Assembly: GCA_012517875.1 (NCBI GenBank)
Contig: JAAYUB010000092.1
Span: 51,121 to 115,120, forward strand
Origin: Acidobacteriota bacterium
GTDB lineage: Bacteria > Acidobacteriota > JAAYUB01
Reading direction: 5' to 3'
Length of the DNA: 64,000 nucleotides
The position numbers and the translations under genes are program-made. Below are positions 28,258-37,165 of the stretch, piece after piece. The notes under the pieces were generated by a model, which was not told the origin of the DNA, did no database searches, and worked only from the letters and a program-made list of their open reading frames with translations. Within the stretch, counting starts at the first letter, position 1. Every line of letters starts with the position of its first letter.

Positions 28258-29094
28258 ATGCCGCATGCCCCCAAGCGGAAACGTTCGGCCATGACGCGCT
28301 GCCGACTCACCCTGACGAACGACCTGCACCTGGATCAGATCCACCGGTGGAACCACCCCTGGTCTGATTTCCTTGCTCGTCTGGCCCGGGAGGGCGTCCA
28401 GCGGCTGGTCCTGGCCGGCGACATGATCTCGTTCGCCGAGCACAACCTGGACAAGGCGTTCCGGGCGCTCGCTCCTTTCACCGGGCAGATCCTGTACACA
28501 CCCGGCAACCACGACCTGTGGACACGTTCCGGCGATTCCCTGCAGCTCTACGAGGAATACATACCGGCAGTCTGCGCCCGCTACGGCGTGCACTACCTGG
28601 ACGCCGCCCCGTACATCGAGGGCGCGGTGGCCGTTGTCGGCAACGTGGGCTGGTACGATTATTCGTTCCGGGATGAATCGCTGGGCTACCCCGAAGACTG
28701 GTATCGGCAACGCTGGATACCCGGACGGTTTCAATGGATGGACCGGCATTACATCCGCTGGCCGCTGACAGACCCGGAATTCGTCGACTGCTGCTGCCGG
28801 CGCCTGGATGGCCAACTGGCCGGACTGCCCGACTCTGTGGACACGGTGGTCGTTGTCACCCACCACATCCCGTTTCACGAAATGCTGGTCCGCAAACCCG
28901 ATCCGGTCTGGCGGTTCGGCAACGCCTTCATGGGCAGCCCCCGGCTTGGTGCAGTCATCCGCCGGCATCCGCAGGTGGCCCACGTCTTCTGCGGCCATTC
29001 GCACGTCGGGGTGCGCGTCACCATGGCGGAACGCACTGTCGTCTGCCTGGGCGGCAACTCCAATGAGAAAGTGCTGGAAACCATCGAGCTATGA
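28258..29094 (+). CDS. calcineurin-like metallophosphoesterase
   Basis: DLH, AGD, GNHD, HH and GHSH metal-binding motifs; start may be ATG 28291. Confidence 0.9.
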   Translation: MPHAPKRKRSAMTRCRLTLTNDLHLDQIHRWNHPWSDFLARLAREGVQRLVLAGDMISFAEHNLDKAFRALAPFTGQILYTPGNHDLWTRSGDSLQLYEEYIPAVCARYGVHYLDAAPYIEGAVAVVGNVGWYDYSFRDESLGYPEDWYRQRWIPGRFQWMDRHYIRWPLTDPEFVDCCCRRLDGQLAGLPDSVDTVVVVTHHIPFHEMLVRKPDPVWRFGNAFMGSPRLGAVIRRHPQVAHVFCGHSHVGVRVTMAERTVVCLGGNSNEKVLETIEL

Positions 29095-29106
29095 ACGACC
29101 GCCGGA

Positions 29107-31767
29107 TCAGCAATCCGGCGCCGACAGCCCCCCGCCGGCCGGATCATCCGCCGGGGCGGCTTCGGCGCCATCCGCGCCGGCGGTGGCGGGCGGCGCCACC
29201 ATCTGTTCCAGACGCCGGATCCGGTCCGCCATCTGCTGTCGCTCCTCCCGCCAAGCCGCCTCCCGCACGGACCACCGGCGGCGCGCCGTGACGATCGCCA
29301 CACCGGCGACGGCGAGCAGCACCAGGCCCGTGGTCCATAGGAACGGTGCGGTCCGCCAAAAGGGCGCTCGGATTTCCACGCTGACTGTCAGCGGCCTGGG
29401 GCTCCAGATTCCGGCATGATTGCGGGCCAGGACCTTCAGGGTGTATGTGCCGGGCGGAGGAAACGTCAGCCGGATACCGTGTTCTCGGGTGGGCTCGGTC
29501 CAATCCGGGTAGAGACCGTCCAGCAGGTAGCGGTACCGGATCCCCTGCTCATCCCGGTAGCTCAATCCCACCCAATCAACTGTGACGGTGCGGACCGAAT
29601 CCGGCAGCTCGCACCGTCCGTTCACCACTGGAACCGGCTGCCCGTCCGCTTTCAGCTCCGTCAGATGGATCATGGGCGGAGACAGGTTGGGAATGTCGCC
29701 CTCGGGATTGTGTCGGCAGGCGCCGCGGTTGGTGCCGAACCACAGCCGCCCGTCGGCATCCAGCGTCCACGCTCCCCGCAGGACGATCTGCCCGAAAAAG
29801 CCGGCGAACACACCATATGATTCCACCGCCTGCCCGTTGAAACGCCCCAGCCCCCGATTGGTCAGCAACCAGATCCCACCCTGGCGATCCTGCAGGATCT
29901 CGTACACGGCTTCGCCCGCCAGCCCGTCCTGCGGCGAATAGCGACGGAGCTCCTCCCCGCTGAAGCAGTTCAGCCCCAGGTCGGTGCCGATCCAGACGTT
30001 CTTTTCCGTGTCCTCGTACCAGCTCAACACCGCCTTGCCCAGCAACCCATTGGCTTCGGTGTAATTGACGATCCGGCCATGCCAGAAGACGCTGAGCCCT
30101 TCGTCGGTGGCGATCCAGATCCGGCCCATGGAGTCTTCGCGAAAGAACCGAATCGAGTCGCTGACCAGGCCCGTCGCCCGGGTGATGTTGCGGAAGTAAT
30201 CGTAGCGGTACACCATCAGTCCGGCCCGGGAGCCGAACCATAACTGGTTGCGGGAATCTTGAAAGATCTGCCGCACCTGGTTATGGAGCAGCCCGTCGGC
30301 TTCGGTGTACACCCGGACGGCGCCGTTCCGATCGATGGCCGCCAGACCCTTTCGGGTGCCGCACCAGATGGTGCCGCGGCGGTCCTGCAAGAGCGCCTGG
30401 ACCTCGGTGTCCGGCAGACCCTCCTCCGCGTCGTACACGCGGCGGATGGCGAGTCCCTCGATCATGATCAGTCCGCCCGCCATGGCCACCCAGATCCGGC
30501 CATCCCGATCCTCCATCATGCTGGTCATGGGGCCGGCCGGCAGTCGGCGGTCGCGGCCCAGTCGGGTGATCCGTCGGCCGTCAACACAGAGCACTTCCTG
30601 ATCCGCACCCAGCCACGCCCGTCCGCGCGAATCCACAAGGGCGAGCTGCAGCCGGTTGGTCGGCAGACCGGGTCCTGGATCCAACCGGGCGAAACTTCGC
30701 CCGTCCCAATGACTGAGACCACCATCAAGGGATGTCAGCCAGAGCCCACCTCGTCCGTCCGGTCGAATCTCGTTGATGGATCCTTCGCAGAGACCGTCCC
30801 GGCGGTCGTAAAGCACAAACTGTTCGCCCATGAACCGCGACAGTCCCCCCTCGCGGGTGGCGATCCAAAGGTTGTGCTCCCGATCCAGGCAGAGACTGGT
30901 GACGAATGGGCATCCGAGCCCTTCACGGGTGCCGAACGGAGTGAACGCCCGTCCGTCGTACCGGATGACGCCTCCGCCCCAGGTACCGATCCAGAGGCAG
31001 TCCCGACGGTCGTCCCGGACAATCTTGTTCACCTCGGGACACGGCAGGCCGTCGGCGCCGGTGTAGACACGGATTTTGTCGCCGTCGATCCGGAGCAGAC
31101 CGGCGGAGGTGCCCGCCCAGACAACGCCGCGAGCGTCCTCCATGAAGCCGTACACCGTCTGCCGCGGCGTGGCGGTTTCCTGGGCCAAGGTGCGGAACGC
31201 CTCGCCCTCCCGGACGCTGATCCCTCGCATGGTGCCCACCCACAGCCGCCCCATCCGGTCAAAAAACAGGCTGCGGACCGCGTTGTCCACCAGGCCGTCG
31301 GCCACCGTCCAGAGCGTGAACTTCCCCTCCTTCAGGCGCGCGACACCTTCGTCCGTTCCCACCCACGGGCAGCCGTCGCTGTCGATGACGATGGCGCGAA
31401 TCGTCCGGCTCCGCAAGCCGTCGGGATCGACAGCTTGAAACCGGCCATCCCGGCGGATGGTCAGGCCCAGCCCGGTACCGATCCAGAGATTCCCCCGGCC
31501 GTCCTCCGCCAGGCTGATGACCGTGCCGAAGGAAAGGCCGTCGGCAGTGGTGAACGTGGTGAATTCGCGGCCGTCATACCGCACGAGGCCGCCGGAGGTC
31601 CCCAGCCAGATGAACCCCCGGCTGTCCTGGATCACCGACCAGACCCGGGGGCTGGGCAGACCTTCGAGCGACGAATACTGCCGGAACGGCCACATCTCGG
31701 CCCTGATCGACAGGCAGGTGGAAATCATCAGGAGCAGGCAAAAGACGCGCCGCACGACAACCCCCAT
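29107..31767 (-). CDS. Reg_prop beta-propeller / Y_Y_Y ligand-binding sensor protein with no cytoplasmic catalytic domain
   Basis: About 14 repeats of (D..G.(L/I)W(I/F)GT..GL) plus DGL spacers, YRYLL..GL...W Y_Y_Y domain, TM helix, then about 55-aa tail. Confidence 0.88.
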   Translation of the reverse strand: MGVVVRRVFCLLLMISTCLSIRAEMWPFRQYSSLEGLPSPRVWSVIQDSRGFIWLGTSGGLVRYDGREFTTFTTADGLSFGTVISLAEDGRGNLWIGTGLGLTIRRDGRFQAVDPDGLRSRTIRAIVIDSDGCPWVGTDEGVARLKEGKFTLWTVADGLVDNAVRSLFFDRMGRLWVGTMRGISVREGEAFRTLAQETATPRQTVYGFMEDARGVVWAGTSAGLLRIDGDKIRVYTGADGLPCPEVNKIVRDDRRDCLWIGTWGGGVIRYDGRAFTPFGTREGLGCPFVTSLCLDREHNLWIATREGGLSRFMGEQFVLYDRRDGLCEGSINEIRPDGRGGLWLTSLDGGLSHWDGRSFARLDPGPGLPTNRLQLALVDSRGRAWLGADQEVLCVDGRRITRLGRDRRLPAGPMTSMMEDRDGRIWVAMAGGLIMIEGLAIRRVYDAEEGLPDTEVQALLQDRRGTIWCGTRKGLAAIDRNGAVRVYTEADGLLHNQVRQIFQDSRNQLWFGSRAGLMVYRYDYFRNITRATGLVSDSIRFFREDSMGRIWIATDEGLSVFWHGRIVNYTEANGLLGKAVLSWYEDTEKNVWIGTDLGLNCFSGEELRRYSPQDGLAGEAVYEILQDRQGGIWLLTNRGLGRFNGQAVESYGVFAGFFGQIVLRGAWTLDADGRLWFGTNRGACRHNPEGDIPNLSPPMIHLTELKADGQPVPVVNGRCELPDSVRTVTVDWVGLSYRDEQGIRYRYLLDGLYPDWTEPTREHGIRLTFPPPGTYTLKVLARNHAGIWSPRPLTVSVEIRAPFWRTAPFLWTTGLVLLAVAGVAIVTARRRWSVREAAWREERQQMADRIRRLEQMVAPPATAGADGAEAAPADDPAGGGLSAPDC

Positions 31768-31940
31768 GACGGTGTGAGTGGTTCCATCTTAGCCCAACCG
31801 GGGGCAAAACTCAGCACAATTCCGTCTGGTGGCGCCACCGGCCGCCGTCATCCGACGCCTCGGATGGCGGTTGGATTGAAGCTTGCATTGGCGGGGTTCC
31901 TGGGGTATTTAGTAGTCCACATTCCATTGCGGGGAATCGC

Positions 31941-33872
31941 ATGAGACAAAAGATCAAGCTCAAGGAACAGACCGCACTCAAGCAGTGGTCCATTGATGAA
32001 GCCCGGGAACTTTACAATATCCTGAATTGGGGCAAGGGATTCTTTGACATCAACACCCGCGGCGACGTCATCGTCCGTCCGGAGAAAACATCGGATAAAT
32101 TTCTCGACATCAAGGAGCTCGTCGACGAGTTGCGCCTGCGGGAGATCAGCCCGCCGGTGTTGATCCGGTTCACCGACATCCTGAAGAAACGGATCGAGGA
32201 GATTCAAAGATCCTTCCAGGCCGCCATCAAGGAATACGGTTACCAGGGCGAGTACATCGGTGTCTATCCCATCAAGGTCAACCAGAGCAAACAAGTGGTC
32301 GAAGACATCATTGAGTTCGGCCGGCCGTACCGGTTCGGGCTGGAGGCCGGAAGCAAGCCCGAACTGCTGATCGTGGTCGCCAGCCTGGACACCAAAGGCG
32401 CACCCATCATTTGCAACGGGTACAAGGACACAGAGTTCATCGAGATCGCGCTCTGGGCCTTGAAACTGGGACGCAAGGTGTTCATCGTCGTTGAGAAGCC
32501 GTCGGAGCTGGACACCATCATCAAGGTCTCCGCCCGACTCAAGGTGAAGCCGCTCATCGGCATCCGGGCCAAGCTGGCCGCCCGCGGACGGGGCAAATGG
32601 GAGGGATCCGGCGGCGACCGATCCAAGTTCGGCCTCCTGCCGGAAGAGATGCTGGACGCAGTCCAGAAACTGAAGAAGCACGGCATGCTGGATTCGCTCC
32701 AACTGCTCCACTTCCACCTCGGCTCCCAGATCACCTCGATCCAGAGCATCAAGGAGGCGTTGCGGGAGAGCACTCGCCTGTTCGTGGAACTGTCCCGCCT
32801 GGGAGTCAACATCCGCTATTTTGACGTGGGAGGCGGGCTGGCCGTGGACTACGACGGCAGCATGACCAACTTTTCGTCGAGCGCCAACTACACGCTGCAG
32901 GAGTACGCGGCCGACATCGTGTCCGCCCTGGCCGAGATTTGCCAGGAGAACGGCATTGCGCACCCCACCATCATCTCGGAAAGCGGCCGGGCCCTGGTTG
33001 CCTACCACTCCATCCTGGTCTTCAACATCCTTGGCATCAGCGAATTCAGCACCGACATGGATGTGCCGATCCTGCCGAAAGATGCTCCCGAGTCGCTCAC
33101 CAGCATGAAACAGATTCTGGACCAGTTGTCGGTGAAGAATTTTCAGGAGTCTTATCACGACGCCATTCAGATCCGCGATGAGACGCTCACCCTGTTCAAC
33201 GTGGGCATCCTGTCCCTGGAGCATCGCGCCGTCGTCGAGAAACTCTTCTGGCTCATCTGCCACAAGATCGCCAAGATCATCGACGGTCTGGACTATGTCC
33301 CCGACGAACTGGAGAACCTCCAGGCTTTCATCTCCGACACCTACTACGGCAACCTATCGGTGTTCCAGAGCCTGCCCGACCACTGGGCCGTCAAGCAGCT
33401 GTTCCCCATGATGCCCATCCACCGCCACACCGAGCGTCCCGTCCGCAAGGCCACGCTGGCAGACATCACCTGCGACTCCGACGGCAAGGTGGACCAGTTC
33501 ATCGACCTGCGCGACGTCAAGAGCACCATCGACCTGCATGAGCTGCACCCCAACCAGCCGTACTATCTCGGCGCGTTCCTGGTCGGCGCCTACCAGGAGA
33601 TCCTCGGCGACCTCCACAACCTGTTCGGCGACACGCACACCGTGCACGTCTCGGTCACCGGCAAGAACAAGTACCGGATCGACAAGATCGTGGAGGGGGA
33701 CACGGTCCGCGACGTGCTGGCCTACATGCAGTACCAGAAGCGCGACCTCCTGGTGATGATCCGGCAGGCGGTAGAGGAGAGCATCGAAAAGCGGCGACTC
33801 TCCATCAAGGAGTCCGCCCGGATCCAGCGCTTCCTCGAGGAAGGCATCGAAGGCTACACGTATCTCGAGTGA
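31941..33872 (+). CDS. speA: biosynthetic arginine decarboxylase
   Basis: VYPIKVNQ (PLP lysine), GLEAGSKPEL, HFHLGSQI, DVGGGLAVDYDG, ESGRA, DITCDSDG, GAYQEILGDLHNLFG. Confidence 0.97.
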   Translation: MRQKIKLKEQTALKQWSIDEARELYNILNWGKGFFDINTRGDVIVRPEKTSDKFLDIKELVDELRLREISPPVLIRFTDILKKRIEEIQRSFQAAIKEYGYQGEYIGVYPIKVNQSKQVVEDIIEFGRPYRFGLEAGSKPELLIVVASLDTKGAPIICNGYKDTEFIEIALWALKLGRKVFIVVEKPSELDTIIKVSARLKVKPLIGIRAKLAARGRGKWEGSGGDRSKFGLLPEEMLDAVQKLKKHGMLDSLQLLHFHLGSQITSIQSIKEALRESTRLFVELSRLGVNIRYFDVGGGLAVDYDGSMTNFSSSANYTLQEYAADIVSALAEICQENGIAHPTIISESGRALVAYHSILVFNILGISEFSTDMDVPILPKDAPESLTSMKQILDQLSVKNFQESYHDAIQIRDETLTLFNVGILSLEHRAVVEKLFWLICHKIAKIIDGLDYVPDELENLQAFISDTYYGNLSVFQSLPDHWAVKQLFPMMPIHRHTERPVRKATLADITCDSDGKVDQFIDLRDVKSTIDLHELHPNQPYYLGAFLVGAYQEILGDLHNLFGDTHTVHVSVTGKNKYRIDKIVEGDTVRDVLAYMQYQKRDLLVMIRQAVEESIEKRRLSIKESARIQRFLEEGIEGYTYLE

Positions 33873-33891
33873 GTCGCCGTCGACGCAATAA

Positions 33892-33919
33892 AAAGCCCGT
33901 GGCGGTCGCCGCGGGCTTT
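33892..33919. terminator. bidirectional intrinsic terminator between convergent speA and flotillin genes
   Basis: AAAGCCCGTGGC-GGTC-GCCGCGGGCTTT with flanking A-tract. Confidence 0.75.
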
Positions 33920-33981
33920 CATAATAACGATCATCGTCACGCACGCTCCGGCGGGGCGCTGGACGAAACGGTGGCCGGAGG

Positions 33982-35514
33982 TCATTCCGCCGCCGGCTTG
34001 TCCTGCTTCGCCGCGATCATCTCACCCAGATACTTGGGCAGCTCCACGCCGGCCATCTCGGCAATCTCGTGCAGAGGGGGCAGGCTCTTGATCAGGCCGG
34101 ACAGGAAGTTCGCGGTCGTGGTGGAACCGTCGGCCGACGTGCCGGAGTCCCAGACGGTGACCTTGTCGATCTTGAGGTTCTTGATCGCCTCCACCTGCTT
34201 GCCGACGATGTCGTGCAGCTTTTCGATGAGCAGCAGGGTGGCGACGGACTTGGCGTCGCCTCGGCAGCCTTCCAACAGTTTGAGGTAGCCGGCGGCCTTG
34301 CTTTCCAGCACCTGCCGGAGACCCTTCGCCTCGGCCTCGTACTTGAGCAGGATCGCGTCGGCCTCGCCCTTGGCCAGGCGGCGGGCCCGCTCGGCGGCGG
34401 CTTCCGCGGCGATCTCAATCTTCCGCTTCTCGATCTCCTGCCGGACCACTTCCTCGGCCACCAGGCGTTCCTGCTCGGCCAGGTATTGCGCCTTGTTGAT
34501 CTGCACCTGGGCGGCCAGCCGGGCCAGCTCTCCGCGCTGTCGGGCTTCGGCCTGGCGCACCGCCAGTTCGGCTTCGGCGGCGGCGATATCGGCCTGGGCC
34601 TTGTTCTCACCGGCGATAGCCTCGGCTTCGCGCTCACGGACGTAAATGCGCCGATCGGCTTCGGCCTGCTTCTTGCCCTTGTCGGCGGAGGCCTTGTTCT
34701 CCGCCAGTTTGATCTCCTTCTCCCGCTCGGCCTCCGCCTCGCCGACGGCGGCCAGCGTTTCCTGCTGCTGGACGAAGATGCGGCGACCGGCCTCGGCCTG
34801 CTTCTTGCCCTTGTCGGAGGCGGCCACATTTTCGGCGACCTTGATCTCCTTTTCCATGGTGGCCTGGGCGTGGCCGATGGAGCCGTGCCGGTCCTGTTCC
34901 GCCACGTCGATGCGGGCCTGGTTGATGGCTTCGGCGGCGGCCTTTTTACCGATACTTTCGATGTAGTCGCTCTCGTCGGTGATGTCGGTGATGTTGACGT
35001 TGATCAGGTAGAGGCCGATCTTGTTCAGCTCGGGCGACACGTTCTTTCGGATCGCCTCCAGGAAGCTCTCCCGGTCTTGATTGATCTGCTCGATGGTCAG
35101 AGAGGCCACGGTGAGGCGGAGCTGGCCGAAGATGATCTCTTTGGCCATTTCCTCGATATCGCCCCGGTCCAGGTTCAGCAGGCGCTCGGCGGCGTTTTGC
35201 ATCACCCCGGGCTCCGTGCTGATGCCCACGGTGAAGGTGCTGGGCACGTTGATGCGGATGTTCTGCAGCGACAGGGCCCGCTGCAGCGGGATCCCGATGG
35301 TCATGGGCGTCAGGCTCATGTAGGCGTAGTCCTGGATGAGCGGCCAGACGAAGACACCGCCGCCGTGGATGCAGCGCGCCGTCTGCCCCTCGCCCACCTT
35401 GCCGTACACCACGAGGATCTTGTCCGACGGGCACCGCTTGTAGCGCGACGCGATCAGCAGCACCGTGAACAGGAAGACGAACGCAAAACCGACGATGGTT
35501 AAAAACCATTCCAT
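33982..35514 (-). CDS. flotillin / SPFH domain protein
   Basis: N-terminal TM helix, SRYKRCPSDKILVVYG, SPFH core, Ala/Glu-rich coiled-coil repeats (EAEA), KVTVWD tail. Confidence 0.93.
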   Translation of the reverse strand: MEWFLTIVGFAFVFLFTVLLIASRYKRCPSDKILVVYGKVGEGQTARCIHGGGVFVWPLIQDYAYMSLTPMTIGIPLQRALSLQNIRINVPSTFTVGISTEPGVMQNAAERLLNLDRGDIEEMAKEIIFGQLRLTVASLTIEQINQDRESFLEAIRKNVSPELNKIGLYLINVNITDITDESDYIESIGKKAAAEAINQARIDVAEQDRHGSIGHAQATMEKEIKVAENVAASDKGKKQAEAGRRIFVQQQETLAAVGEAEAEREKEIKLAENKASADKGKKQAEADRRIYVREREAEAIAGENKAQADIAAAEAELAVRQAEARQRGELARLAAQVQINKAQYLAEQERLVAEEVVRQEIEKRKIEIAAEAAAERARRLAKGEADAILLKYEAEAKGLRQVLESKAAGYLKLLEGCRGDAKSVATLLLIEKLHDIVGKQVEAIKNLKIDKVTVWDSGTSADGSTTTANFLSGLIKSLPPLHEIAEMAGVELPKYLGEMIAAKQDKPAAE

Positions 35515-35536
35515 GATGCCTTCTCCTCTATGTCAA

Positions 35537-36163
35537 TCATTCTTGAATGCGCTCCACCACCAGGCCGTCGCCCTGGGTCCAGACCACGCGGATTCGCTCG
35601 CCCGTCCGGATCTCCTGGCCGTCCTGCGCGGTCGCATCGAATTCCCGCAGGTGATCCTGCACCTTCACCTGGACCTGCCCCGTGCCCCCGGCGGGGATGG
35701 TGAGGTACACCGTGCCCTCGCAACCCACGGCATTGTCCATGCGCAACGTGCCGCTGGACTGCAGGCGGCCCAGGGCGCCGAACACCCGGGCGATGAGCCA
35801 CATGGTAATCATGCCCGCGACCGAGGCCCCGGCCAGGGCGACGAGCAACCCCCAGCTGGTTTGCCGGGACAATGCCAGGCCCACCAGCCCGAACATGAGC
35901 AGGAATGCCGTCAGACCGTGGATGGTGAACAGCTTGAATCCGGCGTCGGCGCTCTCGTGATGGTGACCGTCGGCGTGGGCGTCGCCGCCATGAAGATCAC
36001 CGCCGTGGTCCGCCGCCAGGTCCGGGCCGGAGTCGGCCCCGTCATGCCCGCCGATCCCCAGCACCAGGAGGACCAGGCGGCACAGGAGCATCACTCCGCC
36101 CACCGCCGCGCAGGTCAGGAAGATGATCTCAAAGCTGGATAGGCCGTGCATGTAGGCTTCCAT
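35537..36163 (-). CDS. NfeD-like membrane protein (flotillin partner)
   Basis: TM helices, His/Asp-rich loop, C-terminal OB fold (VGCEGTVYLTIP...GQVQV...IRTGERIRVV); start 36163 or 36151. Confidence 0.85.
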   Translation of the reverse strand: MEAYMHGLSSFEIIFLTCAAVGGVMLLCRLVLLVLGIGGHDGADSGPDLAADHGGDLHGGDAHADGHHHESADAGFKLFTIHGLTAFLLMFGLVGLALSRQTSWGLLVALAGASVAGMITMWLIARVFGALGRLQSSGTLRMDNAVGCEGTVYLTIPAGGTGQVQVKVQDHLREFDATAQDGQEIRTGERIRVVWTQGDGLVVERIQE

Positions 36164-36253
36164 CGTCTATCCGCACTCCGTGCCGAGGATCGAGTCGCCT
36201 GTTCTCTGAGGATTTGTTTTCACTCTAGGTCCGTTTATAGCATCTGTCAACGC

Positions 36254-37162
36254 TCATTCGGACCGGACGGTCCGGTCGATCAGGCCGCACACCCCGGCGA
36301 ACAGCCGCTGGATCGCACGGATCCCGTCGCACAATGCCGCATCGGCCGACAGGCGGTCCAGCTGTTTATCCAGACGAACCCGCCCCGCCGGCCGTCCCGG
36401 GGTTGTGGCTGCCAAGGACCGGAGCAACCCCACGGCCGCCACCAGCTGAGTTTGCAGCAGTGGCATGGTGGCGGCCTGCGTCTCGTCCACCCGACGGATC
36501 AGCTCATCCAGGTTGTTGGCGGCCGCCATCAGCAGGGCGCGGCGGTGGACAAGCAGCGCGTGCTGATGGCGGAGCTCGAACAACCGCCGGTCCAACGCGG
36601 CCCCGAACTCTCCGGCGGCGGTGGTGCGCACCGCCTCGCCCGCTGCCAGCGCACCATCGAGCTCCTCCTGACATCCGTCGCACGCCCGGCAATGGGCTTC
36701 GAGCTGGTGCCTCTCCTCCCTCAGCCGATCCCGATCCGTCGTCAATGCTTCGTGCGCGTGAATGAGTGCAGCGCCCAACCGGCGAAACTCCAGCAGAGCC
36801 CGTCCCGCGGTATGCACGGGACGTCCCTCGCGGGGCAGACCCAGCAACGGATCCCACCCCTCCGCGGGGATTTCAGTCCGGCGGAGCGCCTCCATGAGCC
36901 CGGTCAGCCGGTCCAGACTGGCGCCCACGGGATCACGGCCCGCAGCGTCCAGGAGCCGGGGAACGGCATCGGCCAACTCCGCCAGTCGCGCCAGGATGTC
37001 CACGGCAAAGCGTCGCGCCGAGGCCTCGTCGGCCGGATCCAGCGTGCGCATCCGGTCGGCGATCCGCCGGGCCGCCTCCACCGGCGAATCGTTCTTTGCG
37101 GGCGAATCCGCGCCCTCGGCATCGGCCCGGCCGGGTTGACGGTCGGGATCCCTGGCAGGCAC
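36254..37162 (-). CDS. hypothetical coiled-coil protein, TelA/YaaN (toxic anion resistance)-like
   Basis: Helical; RLFELRHQH...NNLDELIRRVDETQAATMPLLQTQL resembles the TelA C-terminal 'NN.ELI.KI....TIPLW..Q' segment. Confidence 0.45.
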   Translation of the reverse strand: MPARDPDRQPGRADAEGADSPAKNDSPVEAARRIADRMRTLDPADEASARRFAVDILARLAELADAVPRLLDAAGRDPVGASLDRLTGLMEALRRTEIPAEGWDPLLGLPREGRPVHTAGRALLEFRRLGAALIHAHEALTTDRDRLREERHQLEAHCRACDGCQEELDGALAAGEAVRTTAAGEFGAALDRRLFELRHQHALLVHRRALLMAAANNLDELIRRVDETQAATMPLLQTQLVAAVGLLRSLAATTPGRPAGRVRLDKQLDRLSADAALCDGIRAIQRLFAGVCGLIDRTVRSE

Positions 37163-37165
37163 CGT

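Noticed and set aside
34620-34860. Internal ~33-aa duplication in flotillin (EKEIK.AEN....DKGKKQAEA.RRI)
   Set aside because: Typical flotillin coiled-coil repeats
36261-36277. Inverted repeat GACCGGAC-G-GTCCGGTC
   Set aside because: Inside a coding 3' end, no U-tract, no second copy noticed; likely chance in high-GC DNA
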